Positions 17,836 through 26,389 are shown, numbered from the stretch's first letter. The stretch: 64,000 nt of DNA from an uncultured Acidobacteriaceae bacterium (GCA_963830295.1 CAWHLT010000005.1:292202-356201), one strand, 5' to 3'. Notes: generated by a model not told the origin, from the sequence alone. Numbers and translations are program-made.

Positions 17836-19098
17836 ATGCGATGCCGAGCCCTTGTCGTTTTAATTCTCAGTGCAGCTTCCATCGCACAAAACGTCCCCAA
17901 GCCAGCACGCCAGTCCGAACCCAAATCCGTAACGGTCCCCTTCATCCTGGATCACAACCGCATCATCATCGACGTTGGCATCCCGCTTCCCAACGGGACA
18001 ATGCAGCGCGTTCGCGCCTGGATCGAGAATGGAAATCCCGAGCTGGACATGTCGGAGCGGCTGTCCGGACTCACAGGTGGGTCGATCTCTTGCGACGGGC
18101 AACACTGCTCTGCCGCTCCGCCCCCGGGGATGAGTATCAGCGGTATGACGATCACGATCGGGGCGGGGATCAAAGAAGCAAAAGTCCCGGCCGGTAACGC
18201 TCCGATCGCTCCCGGCATGAGCGCCGAGATCAACATTCCCTCCACCATCCTGCGGAACTACGACGTGCTCATCAATTTTCCAGACAAGGAACTAACCATC
18301 GCCCAGCTCGGAAGCCTGAAGTTCAAGGGGGTTGCGGCAAAGGTGATTGTCAATGCCACGAACGGCCTCATCCAGGTCCCCAGCCAGATTGAAAACAAAA
18401 AATACAATCTTGCGCTTGATCTGGGCTCGCCCATCAGCTTTCTCGCAGCCGACCTCTTCGATAAACTCTCCGCCGCGCACCCCAACTGGCCGCACATGAT
18501 TGGCGCCATCGGTCCCGCCAATATGTGGGGATTAGTTGACGAACCAAAGTGGAAGCTGATGCGCGTGGACCGCCTGCAGTACGGCCCGCTATTTCTTACT
18601 GACGTAGCAGTCGTTGACTTTGCTACGGAAACGGAAAAAGATCGGATGGCCTTCTTTGAAAAGCGAGCCGGCGTTCCCACCGCCGGCCTGCTCGGTTCAG
18701 AAGCCCTGCTCAATTACCGCATCGGTATCGACTACGCCCACTCCACCGTCTATTTCGATATCGGCCGGCTGTTTAACTTCCCCGACTTCGATGTGATTGG
18801 CCTAATCCTTCGTCCCGAAGACGATGGACGGTTTACGATCCTCGGCGTTGCCGATTACGAAGGCGAGCTCGCGGTTGCTGAAGTCCAGGCCGGCGACCAC
18901 TTGGTTGCAGTCGATGGCCTGCCCGTCTTAGGTTCGACGATGGGGCAAGTCTGGTCGATGCTGGGAGGCGAACCGGGCAAAGAGCGCAAGCTAAGCCTTG
19001 AGCGCGGCGGCAAGCAGTTCACAGTCACCGCCAAGGTGCAGCATTTTTTGGGAGAAACTGAAGAAGACAAATCGAGAGGAAAGTCGCAGAAGAAGTAA
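17836..19098 (+). CDS. Secreted two-lobed retropepsin-like protein with degenerate active-site motifs, fused to a C-terminal PDZ domain
   Basis: Signal peptide MRCRALVVLILSAASIAQ. ENGN and DLGS sit where bacterial retropepsin-like domains carry D-T/S-G-A. The C-terminus has a PDZ segment (VQAGDHLVAVDGLPVLG). Confidence 0.55.
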   Translation: MRCRALVVLILSAASIAQNVPKPARQSEPKSVTVPFILDHNRIIIDVGIPLPNGTMQRVRAWIENGNPELDMSERLSGLTGGSISCDGQHCSAAPPPGMSISGMTITIGAGIKEAKVPAGNAPIAPGMSAEINIPSTILRNYDVLINFPDKELTIAQLGSLKFKGVAAKVIVNATNGLIQVPSQIENKKYNLALDLGSPISFLAADLFDKLSAAHPNWPHMIGAIGPANMWGLVDEPKWKLMRVDRLQYGPLFLTDVAVVDFATETEKDRMAFFEKRAGVPTAGLLGSEALLNYRIGIDYAHSTVYFDIGRLFNFPDFDVIGLILRPEDDGRFTILGVADYEGELAVAEVQAGDHLVAVDGLPVLGSTMGQVWSMLGGEPGKERKLSLERGGKQFTVTAKVQHFLGETEEDKSRGKSQKK

Positions 19099-19149
19099 CC
19101 TGTCAAAAACTGACCAGTAAAAAACTGAGAACTGAGAACCGAGAACTGC

Positions 19150-20718
19150 TCACTTTCCAAACACTTCCCTCTCCAGCGTCTCCGTCGTAGCCGCATCCAG
19201 GCTTTCGCTCACCAGCACAGTATCGCCCTGCTCCTCAATCACTACCGTGCCCTCCTCAGTAGTCCAAACATGCCGGCCGTTCAGAACTTCGACCTTGTAC
19301 TCCGGATGCTCCTGAGAAGGTTCACTGGAAGCATTCCCCATCTCTTCGGCCTTCTTGTAGCGCTGTTTCAGCGAGCGCGCATAAATTTCGGCGAACTCTG
19401 AAGCCTTCTCGGCGCTCGACCAGCGCGACACATAGATCAGCCCGAGCGGCGCGGCGGCGTTGTTCTTCGGGCGCGCGGCGTAGTAATACCCACCCCGCCA
19501 CTCCGGATACAGCCGGTCCGACAACTTCTTCCCCGCATACTGCTCAACCAGCACCGCGACGTCGAACTCGCCCATCGCGCCGATATCGAACTTCACGTAA
19601 TCCTTGAAGTCGCGCTTGAACTCCGGCACGCGCATGGGCTCGATCTTCTCGCCGGACAAGTACGTCTCGGGCTGCATAATCTGCCGCGTGGTGTGGGGAG
19701 GGTTCGCAAGCACGCCGGCAAACGCCTTCTCCTTGCCGCCCTTCTCCATCACTTTGATCACGAACTTCATTCCGTAGCTGTAAGGGAAGGTCAGCGACTC
19801 TTTCAGGAAAATCGGCGCGTCTTTAAAGACCTTCGAATCGTCTGTCCCACTGGACATCTGCGCTTCCATGGCTTCGACCAGTTCCGGAGAATCGGCGATC
19901 GACCGTCCTACCGGCGCCAACTCATACTGCATCATCACCGTCTCAGCCTGTCCCTCGACTACGGCTTCGCGCGCGTCGGCCATCTCATCGTTCTCGATGT
20001 CCTCAGGCGTGGGGTCGTGTTTGATCTCGCCCAAATCTTTGTCGCCCTTCTTCATCCACTTGTCGAGTCCGACCGACTGATCCTGCAACGCATGCGTCAA
20101 TTCGTGAGCCATCACCGGCTCCTGCTCTTCCATCGGGACCCAGTCCAGCAGATTCACCGTCTTGGTCTTTGGATCGTAGTAGCCGGCCACTTGCTCGCGC
20201 AGCAGCGCCACCAGCAGCTTTTCTAGATCGAAGTCGCGCGGCAGCAGGCCAAACTTTTTCAGCACCAGCTCTGAGCGCTGCAACTTTTTCACGTCTTCGT
20301 CCTTCATGTGCTTGGTCAGGTACGATTCCACCTCATCGCGGCTGGTAAGCCGGCGCTTGACCTGCTTCTTCACCGGCAATCCGGTCTGCTTGCTGTCAAA
20401 GGCCAGAATCTGGTCGACGGAGTGAAATAGCTCCTCCGCCTGCCGCGGCGTGATCTTGACTTCTTTTTCTTCAGTGGAAGGATTGGTAGCGCTGGCATCT
20501 GGTTTCGTAGCGCCAGCGTCCTCGCCGGCTGGTTTCTGATTCTGTGCAGGAGAAGCCTGCGTGGAAGGATCTTGTGTGGCTCGGACACTCTTGTCCGACT
20601 GCTTTTGATTTTGATCTTGTGTTTGATTTTGATTTTGCCAAGAGGTCGCAGCCTGCGCTGAAACTGCCGCAGCAGAAACCACTGCAACGAAAATCATTAA
20701 AGCACATAACTTCTTCAA
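19150..20718 (-). CDS. Secreted HExxH zinc metalloprotease-like protein, family unresolved
   Basis: MAHELTHALQD motif. A TTG start at 20718 gives the signal peptide (M)KKLCALMIFVAVVSAAAVSAQA, preceded by AGGA; an ATG at 20697 is the alternative. The listed N-terminal extension to 20811 is translated repeat DNA. Confidence 0.6.
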   Translation of the reverse strand: MKKLCALMIFVAVVSAAAVSAQAATSWQNQNQTQDQNQKQSDKSVRATQDPSTQASPAQNQKPAGEDAGATKPDASATNPSTEEKEVKITPRQAEELFHSVDQILAFDSKQTGLPVKKQVKRRLTSRDEVESYLTKHMKDEDVKKLQRSELVLKKFGLLPRDFDLEKLLVALLREQVAGYYDPKTKTVNLLDWVPMEEQEPVMAHELTHALQDQSVGLDKWMKKGDKDLGEIKHDPTPEDIENDEMADAREAVVEGQAETVMMQYELAPVGRSIADSPELVEAMEAQMSSGTDDSKVFKDAPIFLKESLTFPYSYGMKFVIKVMEKGGKEKAFAGVLANPPHTTRQIMQPETYLSGEKIEPMRVPEFKRDFKDYVKFDIGAMGEFDVAVLVEQYAGKKLSDRLYPEWRGGYYYAARPKNNAAAPLGLIYVSRWSSAEKASEFAEIYARSLKQRYKKAEEMGNASSEPSQEHPEYKVEVLNGRHVWTTEEGTVVIEEQGDTVLVSESLDAATTETLEREVFGK

Positions 20719-20720
20719 GC

Positions 20721-20807
20721 TGTCATCCTGAGCGGAGCAAGCGTCAGAGCGAAGCGAGTGCGCTTGCGGAGTCGAAGAGCCTGCCCTGAGCTTGCCGAAG
20801 GGACCCC
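20721..20807. repeat. Class A repeat, left end (TGTCATCCTGAGCGGAGC...GTCGAAG...CCTGCCCTGAGCTTGCCGAAGG)
   Basis: The 18-nt terminus is identical to the reverse complement of 20979-20996. The inner part is similar to 15062-15090. Confidence 0.8.
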
Positions 20808-20930
20808 TCACCTGCTCAAGCTATCACAGACCTCGTCGGGAGTTCTTGCGGCGCAGTTTCGGGTTGAGTTCGGACCAGCCCGGCCGCTCGCAGGGAGAAC
20901 TCCCTGAGACAGTGCACTAAGGCAGGCAGT

Positions 20931-20996
20931 GCAGGGATCCTTCGACTGCGCGAACCGATTCGCGATGCGAATCGGTTCGCTCCGCTCAGGATGACA
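20931..20996. repeat. Class A repeat, right end, with an internal perfect 14-bp hairpin
   Basis: gcgaaccgattcgc-gat-gcgaatcggttcgc at 20950-20980, then gctccgctcaggatgaca. Overlaps the last 3 codons and stop of the dehydrogenase gene. Confidence 0.8.
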
Positions 20997-22125
20997 CGAC
21001 CCTCTCCGCCACCCACTCCCCCGCCTCCCGCGTGCCCAGCGTTCCCCCGATATCTTGCGTAGTCTTCTTCTGCCGCACAGCTTCGAGCACCGCCGCTTCA
21101 ATCTTTTCTCCTTCGCGAAATAATCCCAGATGTCGCAGCATCATGGCCGCAGTCAGAATCGCGCCGAATGGGTTCGCTACATTCTTCCCCGCGATCGGCG
21201 GCGCAGAGCCATGCACCGGCTCAAACATCGACGTCTTCCCCGGATGAATATTCCCGCTGGCCGCCATGCCCAGGCCGCCCTGCAATCCGGCGGCGAGGTC
21301 GGTGATGATGTCGCCGAACATATTGTTGGTTACGATTACATCGAAGCCGCGGGGATCGCGCACCATCTGCATGCACAGCGCGTCCACATACATGTGCTGG
21401 GTTGCGATCTGCGGATACTCCGCGCTCACTTCCTTGAAGACTCGCTGCCACAAGCCGCCGGCATGCGTCATGGCATTCGACTTGTCGCACATCAGCACCC
21501 GCTGCCGGGCAGAGCCATCGAACTTCAGGTTGCACTCGCAATACTCAAACGCGTAGCGGATAATGCGCTCCACACCCTTGCGCGTATTGATGTCTTCCTG
21601 AATCGCGACCTCATCCGCCGTGCCCTGCTTGAACACTCCGCCGGCATCGGTGTAAACGCCTTCCGTGTTCTCGCGGATGACAACGAAATCCACATCCTTC
21701 GGCTCGACGCCTTTCAGCGGGCACAGAGCCGCATCGAGCAACCGGACCGGACGAACGTTGGCGTAGAGATCCATCTTGAAGCGCATGCCGAGGAGGATCT
21801 CTTTAGCGTGGATGTTCGTCTTGACTCGAGGGTCGCCGAACGCACCAGCCAGAATGGCGTCAAAGTCACGGGCAAGCATGGCGAAGCCATCGGGAGGAAC
21901 AGTGACTCCATCGCGAAGATAGCGATCGGCACCCCAGTCGAATTCGTGCAGTCCAACGTCGGCTCCCGACGCCCGGATTACTTTGAGAGCCTGGGGGATG
22001 ACTTCCTGGCCGATCCCGTCCCCGGGGATGACGGCGATGCGTTTTTTGGAAGGCTGGTGCGGGTCTTTTTGTGGGTCCACGGCAGAAAAGCTAACACAAG
22101 CCGAGCCGAATGAGTAGGTTGCCAC
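20986..22125 (-). CDS. Isocitrate/isopropylmalate dehydrogenase family enzyme (3-isopropylmalate or tartrate/D-malate dehydrogenase)
   Basis: [13 protein letters not shown] and [25 protein letters not shown] family motifs. I cannot tell LeuB from tartrate dehydrogenase by eye. Confidence 0.75.
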   Translation of the reverse strand: MATYSFGSACVSFSAVDPQKDPHQPSKKRIAVIPGDGIGQEVIPQALKVIRASGADVGLHEFDWGADRYLRDGVTVPPDGFAMLARDFDAILAGAFGDPRVKTNIHAKEILLGMRFKMDLYANVRPVRLLDAALCPLKGVEPKDVDFVVIRENTEGVYTDAGGVFKQGTADEVAIQEDINTRKGVERIIRYAFEYCECNLKFDGSARQRVLMCDKSNAMTHAGGLWQRVFKEVSAEYPQIATQHMYVDALCMQMVRDPRGFDVIVTNNMFGDIITDLAAGLQGGLGMAASGNIHPGKTSMFEPVHGSAPPIAGKNVANPFGAILTAAMMLRHLGLFREGEKIEAAVLEAVRQKKTTQDIGGTLGTREAGEWVAERVVSS

Positions 22126-22448
22126 GGTTATTCGCTAATAGCTATATATCAGCAGAACTGGACCCGAGTCTCAGGAACCTCCGCCGCCGATCCGACCCAC
22201 CTATAAAACCGACGCTAGGGCACCTAGGAAGCGCGCACAACGACTTTTTCGTCCTGGGTGGACCCGGACATCCTCCCCTCAGCCCGAGGCTCTAGAAACG
22301 CCGGGAAACCCCTCAGCGTTAACTTCTGGCTAAGTCGTTGATTTCCGGTGGAAGTTGTTGATTCTTGGTGGAAAGTGCTGATTCTAAGCAGTTGCCAGCG
22401 GCCCGTTGCACAGCCGGCAGCTTAGAGCAGTCACGGCGCCGATGAGCA

Positions 22449-22464
22449 ATTGCCGATCGGCAAT
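22449..22464. promoter_or_regulatory. Perfect 16-bp palindrome ATTGCCGATCGGCAAT upstream of ygfZ (candidate operator)
   Basis: Read directly. It lies 19 nt upstream of a TATAAT at 22484-22489, which is itself 10 nt before the ygfZ ATG. Confidence 0.3.
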
Positions 22465-22499
22465 GAATCATTACGCCGTTCGCTATAATCAATATTCCG

Positions 22500-23624
22500 A
22501 TGCTCCCTACACCACTCCAAGAGGCATTGCGGGCGCGACCTAAGAGCACGGCACACCCGGTCGTCGAAGCTGATTACCGCGGAGCCACAACCACAGCGCG
22601 CTTTACCGATTTTCAAGCTGAGTTCGCGGCTATGCAGTACGGCTGCGGACTCTACGACCTCGGTTTCCGCGGCTGGCTCTCGCTTACCGGCGGCGATCGC
22701 GTGCGCTGGCTGAACGGCATGGTGACGAATAACATTCGCGACCTTGCCGTTGGCTACGGTGTCTATGCGTTCCTGCTCAATCCGCAGGGTCGCATCCTCG
22801 GCGATATGGATGTCTATAACCAGGGCGAGGCGCTGATTGTAGAGACCGACCGCAGCCAGGTGGAAAAGATCCTCGCCGCCTTCGACCATTACATCATCAT
22901 GGACGATGTGGAAGTGACCAACATCAGCGAGAAGCGGACCGCTCTCGGCCTGACCGGGCCTAAGTCACGCGCTATCCTGAATAAGGCAGGAATCGAAGTT
23001 CCAAATCTGGAGCCCTTGCAGATGATCACCCCGCAGTGCAGTTGCGATTGCAGTTGCGTGCAGTGCACAGTGATCTGTGGCGAGTGTGAACCGCAGGAAT
23101 CTTATGAAATCTGGCTCGCGCCGCAGGATGTATACCAGACCTGGCAGGCGCTGATTGCCGCCGGGGCAACCCCAGTGGGTACGGAAGCGCTGGAGATGCA
23201 GCGTATCGTGGCCGGCACTCCGCTGTATGGCGTGGATATTCGCGAGCGCGACCTGCCGCAGGAGACCGAACAGATGCGCGCCCTCAACTTTAACAAGGGC
23301 TGCTATGTGGGGCAGGAAATCGTTGAGCGCATTCGCTCGCGCGGCAACGTGCATCGCAAATTTACCGGCTTCGTGGCAGAAGGCGCCGCGGCAATCGCTG
23401 CCGGAGAGAAGATCTTTTCCGGCGAAAAGGAAGTGGGCGAAGTGACCAGCGTTGCCGTTGTTGATGGGCCCTCCGGCTCGCGGACCATTGCCCTGGGATA
23501 CATTCGACGCGAAGTGGGAGTGCCCGGGCGCGAGGTCAGGATCGGGAGCGTTAAGGCTACGGTGGTTCAGTTGCCGATGGAAAGCACCACTCTGCGGCCG
23601 TCGGAAACCTCGCTGTCAGCGTAG
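22500..23624 (+). CDS. ygfZ: YgfZ/CAF17 folate-binding protein (GcvT-like fold) with a Cys-rich insert
   Basis: KGCYVGQEIVERIRSRG signature and an N-terminal aminomethyltransferase-like domain (GLYDLGFRGWLSLTGGDRVRWLNGMVTNN). Confidence 0.8.
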   Translation: MLPTPLQEALRARPKSTAHPVVEADYRGATTTARFTDFQAEFAAMQYGCGLYDLGFRGWLSLTGGDRVRWLNGMVTNNIRDLAVGYGVYAFLLNPQGRILGDMDVYNQGEALIVETDRSQVEKILAAFDHYIIMDDVEVTNISEKRTALGLTGPKSRAILNKAGIEVPNLEPLQMITPQCSCDCSCVQCTVICGECEPQESYEIWLAPQDVYQTWQALIAAGATPVGTEALEMQRIVAGTPLYGVDIRERDLPQETEQMRALNFNKGCYVGQEIVERIRSRGNVHRKFTGFVAEGAAAIAAGEKIFSGEKEVGEVTSVAVVDGPSGSRTIALGYIRREVGVPGREVRIGSVKATVVQLPMESTTLRPSETSLSA

Positions 23625-23626
23625 GA

Positions 23627-23690
23627 AAAAGCTTTTAACCGCAAAGCCGCTAAGGACTCGCTAAGGACTCGCTAAGCACGCAAAGAAGAG
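23627..23690 (+). repeat. Class C 3-prime element: AAAAGCTTTTAACCGCAAAG followed by (CGCTAAGGACT)x2.7
   Basis: Starts 2 nt after the ygfZ stop. Its head matches the reverse complement of 48755-48775 at 20 of 21 positions. Confidence 0.8.
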
Positions 23691-23736
23691 TTTCATCGAG
23701 ATTTTCGGCAAAATAGATTTCATAAGGACAGACGCT

Positions 23737-24366
23737 ATGGCTGAGAAGAGACAAGAATCAAGTTTCACTGTAACCGACCGCCGCATGTTCACGGAGGACG
23801 GGGAATTGCGAAAGGATGTTCGCGAGGAAGTGGAGCCACCGAAGGCCGCGACTCCTCCCGCGCCGGCTGCGCCTTTAAATACAAGCGCGGCTGAACAACC
23901 AGCGCCGGCCGCGAAGTCTGTAGCCACTTTCCCCGCGGCGGCGGACGGAGTTGCGGGTGCCGAAGTGCCGCCCCCTCCTACTGCGGACGAGCAACAAGCG
24001 CAGGCCGACGCTTACCGCGCATCGTCGAAAGATCTGGATTCGCGCGTGGAGCTTAGCGGGCGCTCCGCTAAAGAGTTTGAAATGACCTTCGAGCGATTCC
24101 TAGCGTCTTTGTACATGACGGCGATGCTGCAACTGGGATTGATGCACGAACAGGGCGGCCAGCCTCGCATTGACATCATCGGCGCCCGCCAGACCATCGA
24201 CACGCTCTCCCTGCTAGCGGAAAAAACCAGGGGCAATCTGACTCCCACGGAAGAAGCCTTCTTGCAGAACAGCTTGTACGAAGTTCGCATGGCTTACGTT
24301 GAAGTGACCAACGCGCTCTCGCGTCCGCCGCAACCAGGCGCTGCCACCGGGACCAGCGGAAGATGA
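23737..24366 (+). CDS. DUF1844 domain protein
   Basis: FERFLASLYMTAMLQLGL...IDLLSLLAEKTRGNLT-type C-terminal domain as in DUF1844. Pro/Ala-rich N-terminus. Confidence 0.75.
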   Translation: MAEKRQESSFTVTDRRMFTEDGELRKDVREEVEPPKAATPPAPAAPLNTSAAEQPAPAAKSVATFPAAADGVAGAEVPPPPTADEQQAQADAYRASSKDLDSRVELSGRSAKEFEMTFERFLASLYMTAMLQLGLMHEQGGQPRIDIIGARQTIDTLSLLAEKTRGNLTPTEEAFLQNSLYEVRMAYVEVTNALSRPPQPGAATGTSGR

Positions 24367-24368
24367 AA

Positions 24369-24553
24369 TCAGTGGTCAGTGATCAGTGGTCGGTGGTCAG
24401 TGACCCCCTTTAGTCATCGCTCGACGACTCGCCGCTATTCTTGAGGAGTAAACGCGGCGGGGGTTGAGGCAGCAACCAGCGGGCAGCGTCCAGTTAGTCA
24501 GTGGTCAATCGGGAAGGTTTCACGGACCACTAGCCACTGACCACCGCCCACTG
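24369..24553. repeat. Class B heptamer arrays in inverted orientation, about 120 nt apart
   Basis: Forward arrays are 24369-24405 (tcagtggtcagtgatcagtggtcggtggtcagtgacc) and 24491-24512. The complementary array is 24524-24553 (ggaccactagccactgaccaccgcccactg). Confidence 0.85.
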
Positions 24554-24578
24554 CTCTTGAAACCATGAAGGCTCACGA

Positions 24579-25352
24579 ATGAAGGCGACGCTCACGGTGC
24601 TCGGCAGCGGCACGTCCATGGGCGTGCCCACGCTGGGCTGCGACTGCGCGGTCTGTCGCTCGAAAGATCCGCGCGACCGGCGCACCCGCCCCTCGGTAAT
24701 GATTGAGTACGCAGGCAAAGTCGTGCTCATCGATACCTCGCCTGATTTCTACGCGCAGGCCATTCGCGAGAAAATTACGCGCGTGGACGCAGTTTTCTAC
24801 ACTCACACGCACGCCGACCACATTCTGGGCATCGACGACCTGCGCCCGCTCAGCTTCCGGCACAAGCCGGCAAAGTTGCCGCTCTATGCGCGTCCGGATG
24901 CGGCCGCGTTCCTGCGCAAGATGTTCAGCTACATCTTCGACGCCGATTACAAATTTGGCAGCTTGCCGCAACTTGAGTTGCGGCCGATTGACGGCCCAGT
25001 CGAGCTTTTCGGCGCGAGCTTCGAACCAGTACGGCTGATTCATGGCGAAACTGAAATTTACGGCTTTCGTTTTGGATCGGCGGCGTATCTCACCGATCAC
25101 AGCGAAATACCGGAGGCGTCATTCCATCAGTTGGAAGGGCTGGATATTCTTTTTCTGGATGCGCTGCGGCACAAGCCGCATCCCACGCACTCGACGGTGG
25201 AGAATTCGCTGCGCATTGTGGAGCGGGTGAAGGCGAAGCGCGCATTCTTCACCCATATTTGCCACGATCTGCCGCATGAGGCAACGAACACAACACTGCC
25301 GGCGCATGTGCGATTGGCTTATGACGGGATGAAGCTGGAGTTTGAAATCTAG
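24579..25352 (+). CDS. MBL-fold metallo-hydrolase (PhnP/GPMB-like)
   Basis: LGSGTSMGVPTLGCDCAVC and YTHTHADH motifs. Confidence 0.8.
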   Translation: MKATLTVLGSGTSMGVPTLGCDCAVCRSKDPRDRRTRPSVMIEYAGKVVLIDTSPDFYAQAIREKITRVDAVFYTHTHADHILGIDDLRPLSFRHKPAKLPLYARPDAAAFLRKMFSYIFDADYKFGSLPQLELRPIDGPVELFGASFEPVRLIHGETEIYGFRFGSAAYLTDHSEIPEASFHQLEGLDILFLDALRHKPHPTHSTVENSLRIVERVKAKRAFFTHICHDLPHEATNTTLPAHVRLAYDGMKLEFEI

Positions 25353-25442
25353 GGGCCAGGGGCCAGGGATCAGGGATCAGGGATCAGTGAAAGCCGCGCG
25401 TAGAGCTGACTTTCTGGCCCCTGACCCCTAACCCCTGATCCC
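25352..25442. repeat. Class B-like heptamer arrays (GGGGCCA/GGGATCA)x5 and a C-rich complementary array
   Basis: ggggccaggggccagggatcagggatcagggatcag starts at the last base of the stop codon. The partner ctggcccctgacccctaacccctgatccc is at 25414-25442. Confidence 0.85.
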
Positions 25443-25453
25443 TTGCCATTGCA

Positions 25454-26389
25454 ATGCATGTCTTTCACAAACTCGAAGACGTTCCGGCCGGCTTTGGTCC
25501 TTCGTTGGTCAGCGTGGGCAATTTTGATGGCGTGCACCGGGCGCACGCGCATGTGCTGGGCGAAATTGTGCGGGGGGCGCGGCAGAGTGGGGGCAAGGCT
25601 GTGGCGATCACGTTTGAGCCGCATCCGTCACGCATCCTGCGCCCGGATTCTGGCCTGAAGCTCCTCACTCCCCTGCCGGAGAAACTGCGCCTGCTCGAAG
25701 CCACCGGGATTGATGCGGTACTGGTGCTGCCCTTCGGGCGCGATCTTTCGCTGATGACGCCGCGCCAGTTCGTCGAGCGCATCCTCAAGAAAAAACTGCA
25801 TGCGCGCGAAGTGCATGAGGGATACAACTTCCGCTTCGGGCACAAGGCCGCCGGGGACGTGAACCTGCTGGCGCAACTGGGGCAGGAGATGGGCTTTGAA
25901 GTAAAGGTCTACTCGGAAGAAAAGTTGCGCGGCGAGCCGGTTTCGAGCAGTCATATCCGTAAACTGATCGGCGAGGGCCGAGTAAGCCGGGCGCGGCATC
26001 TGCTGGCGCGTCCTTTCTGCATTCTGGGCAATCCCGGCCGGGGCCGCGGGCTGGGCTCGAAGTACACCGTTCCCACCATCAATCTGGCGCGCTATGAAGA
26101 ACTTGTTCCCAAGGATGGCGTCTACATCACGTGCACGCGCGTCGGAGACGAGCGTTTTGATTCCGTCACCAACGTGGGCAATCGGCCCACGTTTGGGGCG
26201 GATTCATTCGCCATCGAGACTCACCTGTTGAACTTTCATCCCATTGAGCTGACGCCCGATAGCGAAGTCGAAATCTGTTTCCTCGACCGGTTGCGCGATG
26301 AGATCAAGTTTCCGTCGGTCGAGGCGTTGCGCGAGCAGATCGCGCGCGACGTGAAGAAGGCGCGAAGGTATTTTCATTTGCTGTGCTAG
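25454..26389 (+). CDS. ribF: Bifunctional riboflavin kinase / FMN adenylyltransferase
   Basis: GNFDGVHRAH, an N-terminal FAD synthetase domain and a C-terminal riboflavin kinase domain (PTINL..GVY..). Confidence 0.9.
   Translation: MHVFHKLEDVPAGFGPSLVSVGNFDGVHRAHAHVLGEIVRGARQSGGKAVAITFEPHPSRILRPDSGLKLLTPLPEKLRLLEATGIDAVLVLPFGRDLSLMTPRQFVERILKKKLHAREVHEGYNFRFGHKAAGDVNLLAQLGQEMGFEVKVYSEEKLRGEPVSSSHIRKLIGEGRVSRARHLLARPFCILGNPGRGRGLGSKYTVPTINLARYEELVPKDGVYITCTRVGDERFDSVTNVGNRPTFGADSFAIETHLLNFHPIELTPDSEVEICFLDRLRDEIKFPSVEALREQIARDVKKARRYFHLLC

Noticed and set aside
20590-20640. QNQNQTQDQNQKQ low-complexity tract as a separate repeat element
   Set aside because: It lies inside the disordered N-terminal linker of the secreted metalloprotease and is in frame. 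It is ordinary linker low complexity.
20808-21101. ORFs of 66-97 aa between the metalloprotease and dehydrogenase genes
   Set aside because: They are translated repeat DNA (..CHPERSE.. peptides recur wherever the class A repeat occurs) and overlap the dehydrogenase 3-prime end.
16691-25442. Possible CRISPR arrays, because of tandem repeats at 16691, 24369 and 25352
   Set aside because: The units are 7 nt with no spacers, the arrays are under 40 nt and come in inverted pairs, and no cas genes are present. They are not CRISPR.
25353-25453. FMN riboswitch upstream of ribF
   Set aside because: The gap is filled by heptamer arrays. ribF is not normally FMN-riboswitch controlled, and no aptamer-like sequence is seen.
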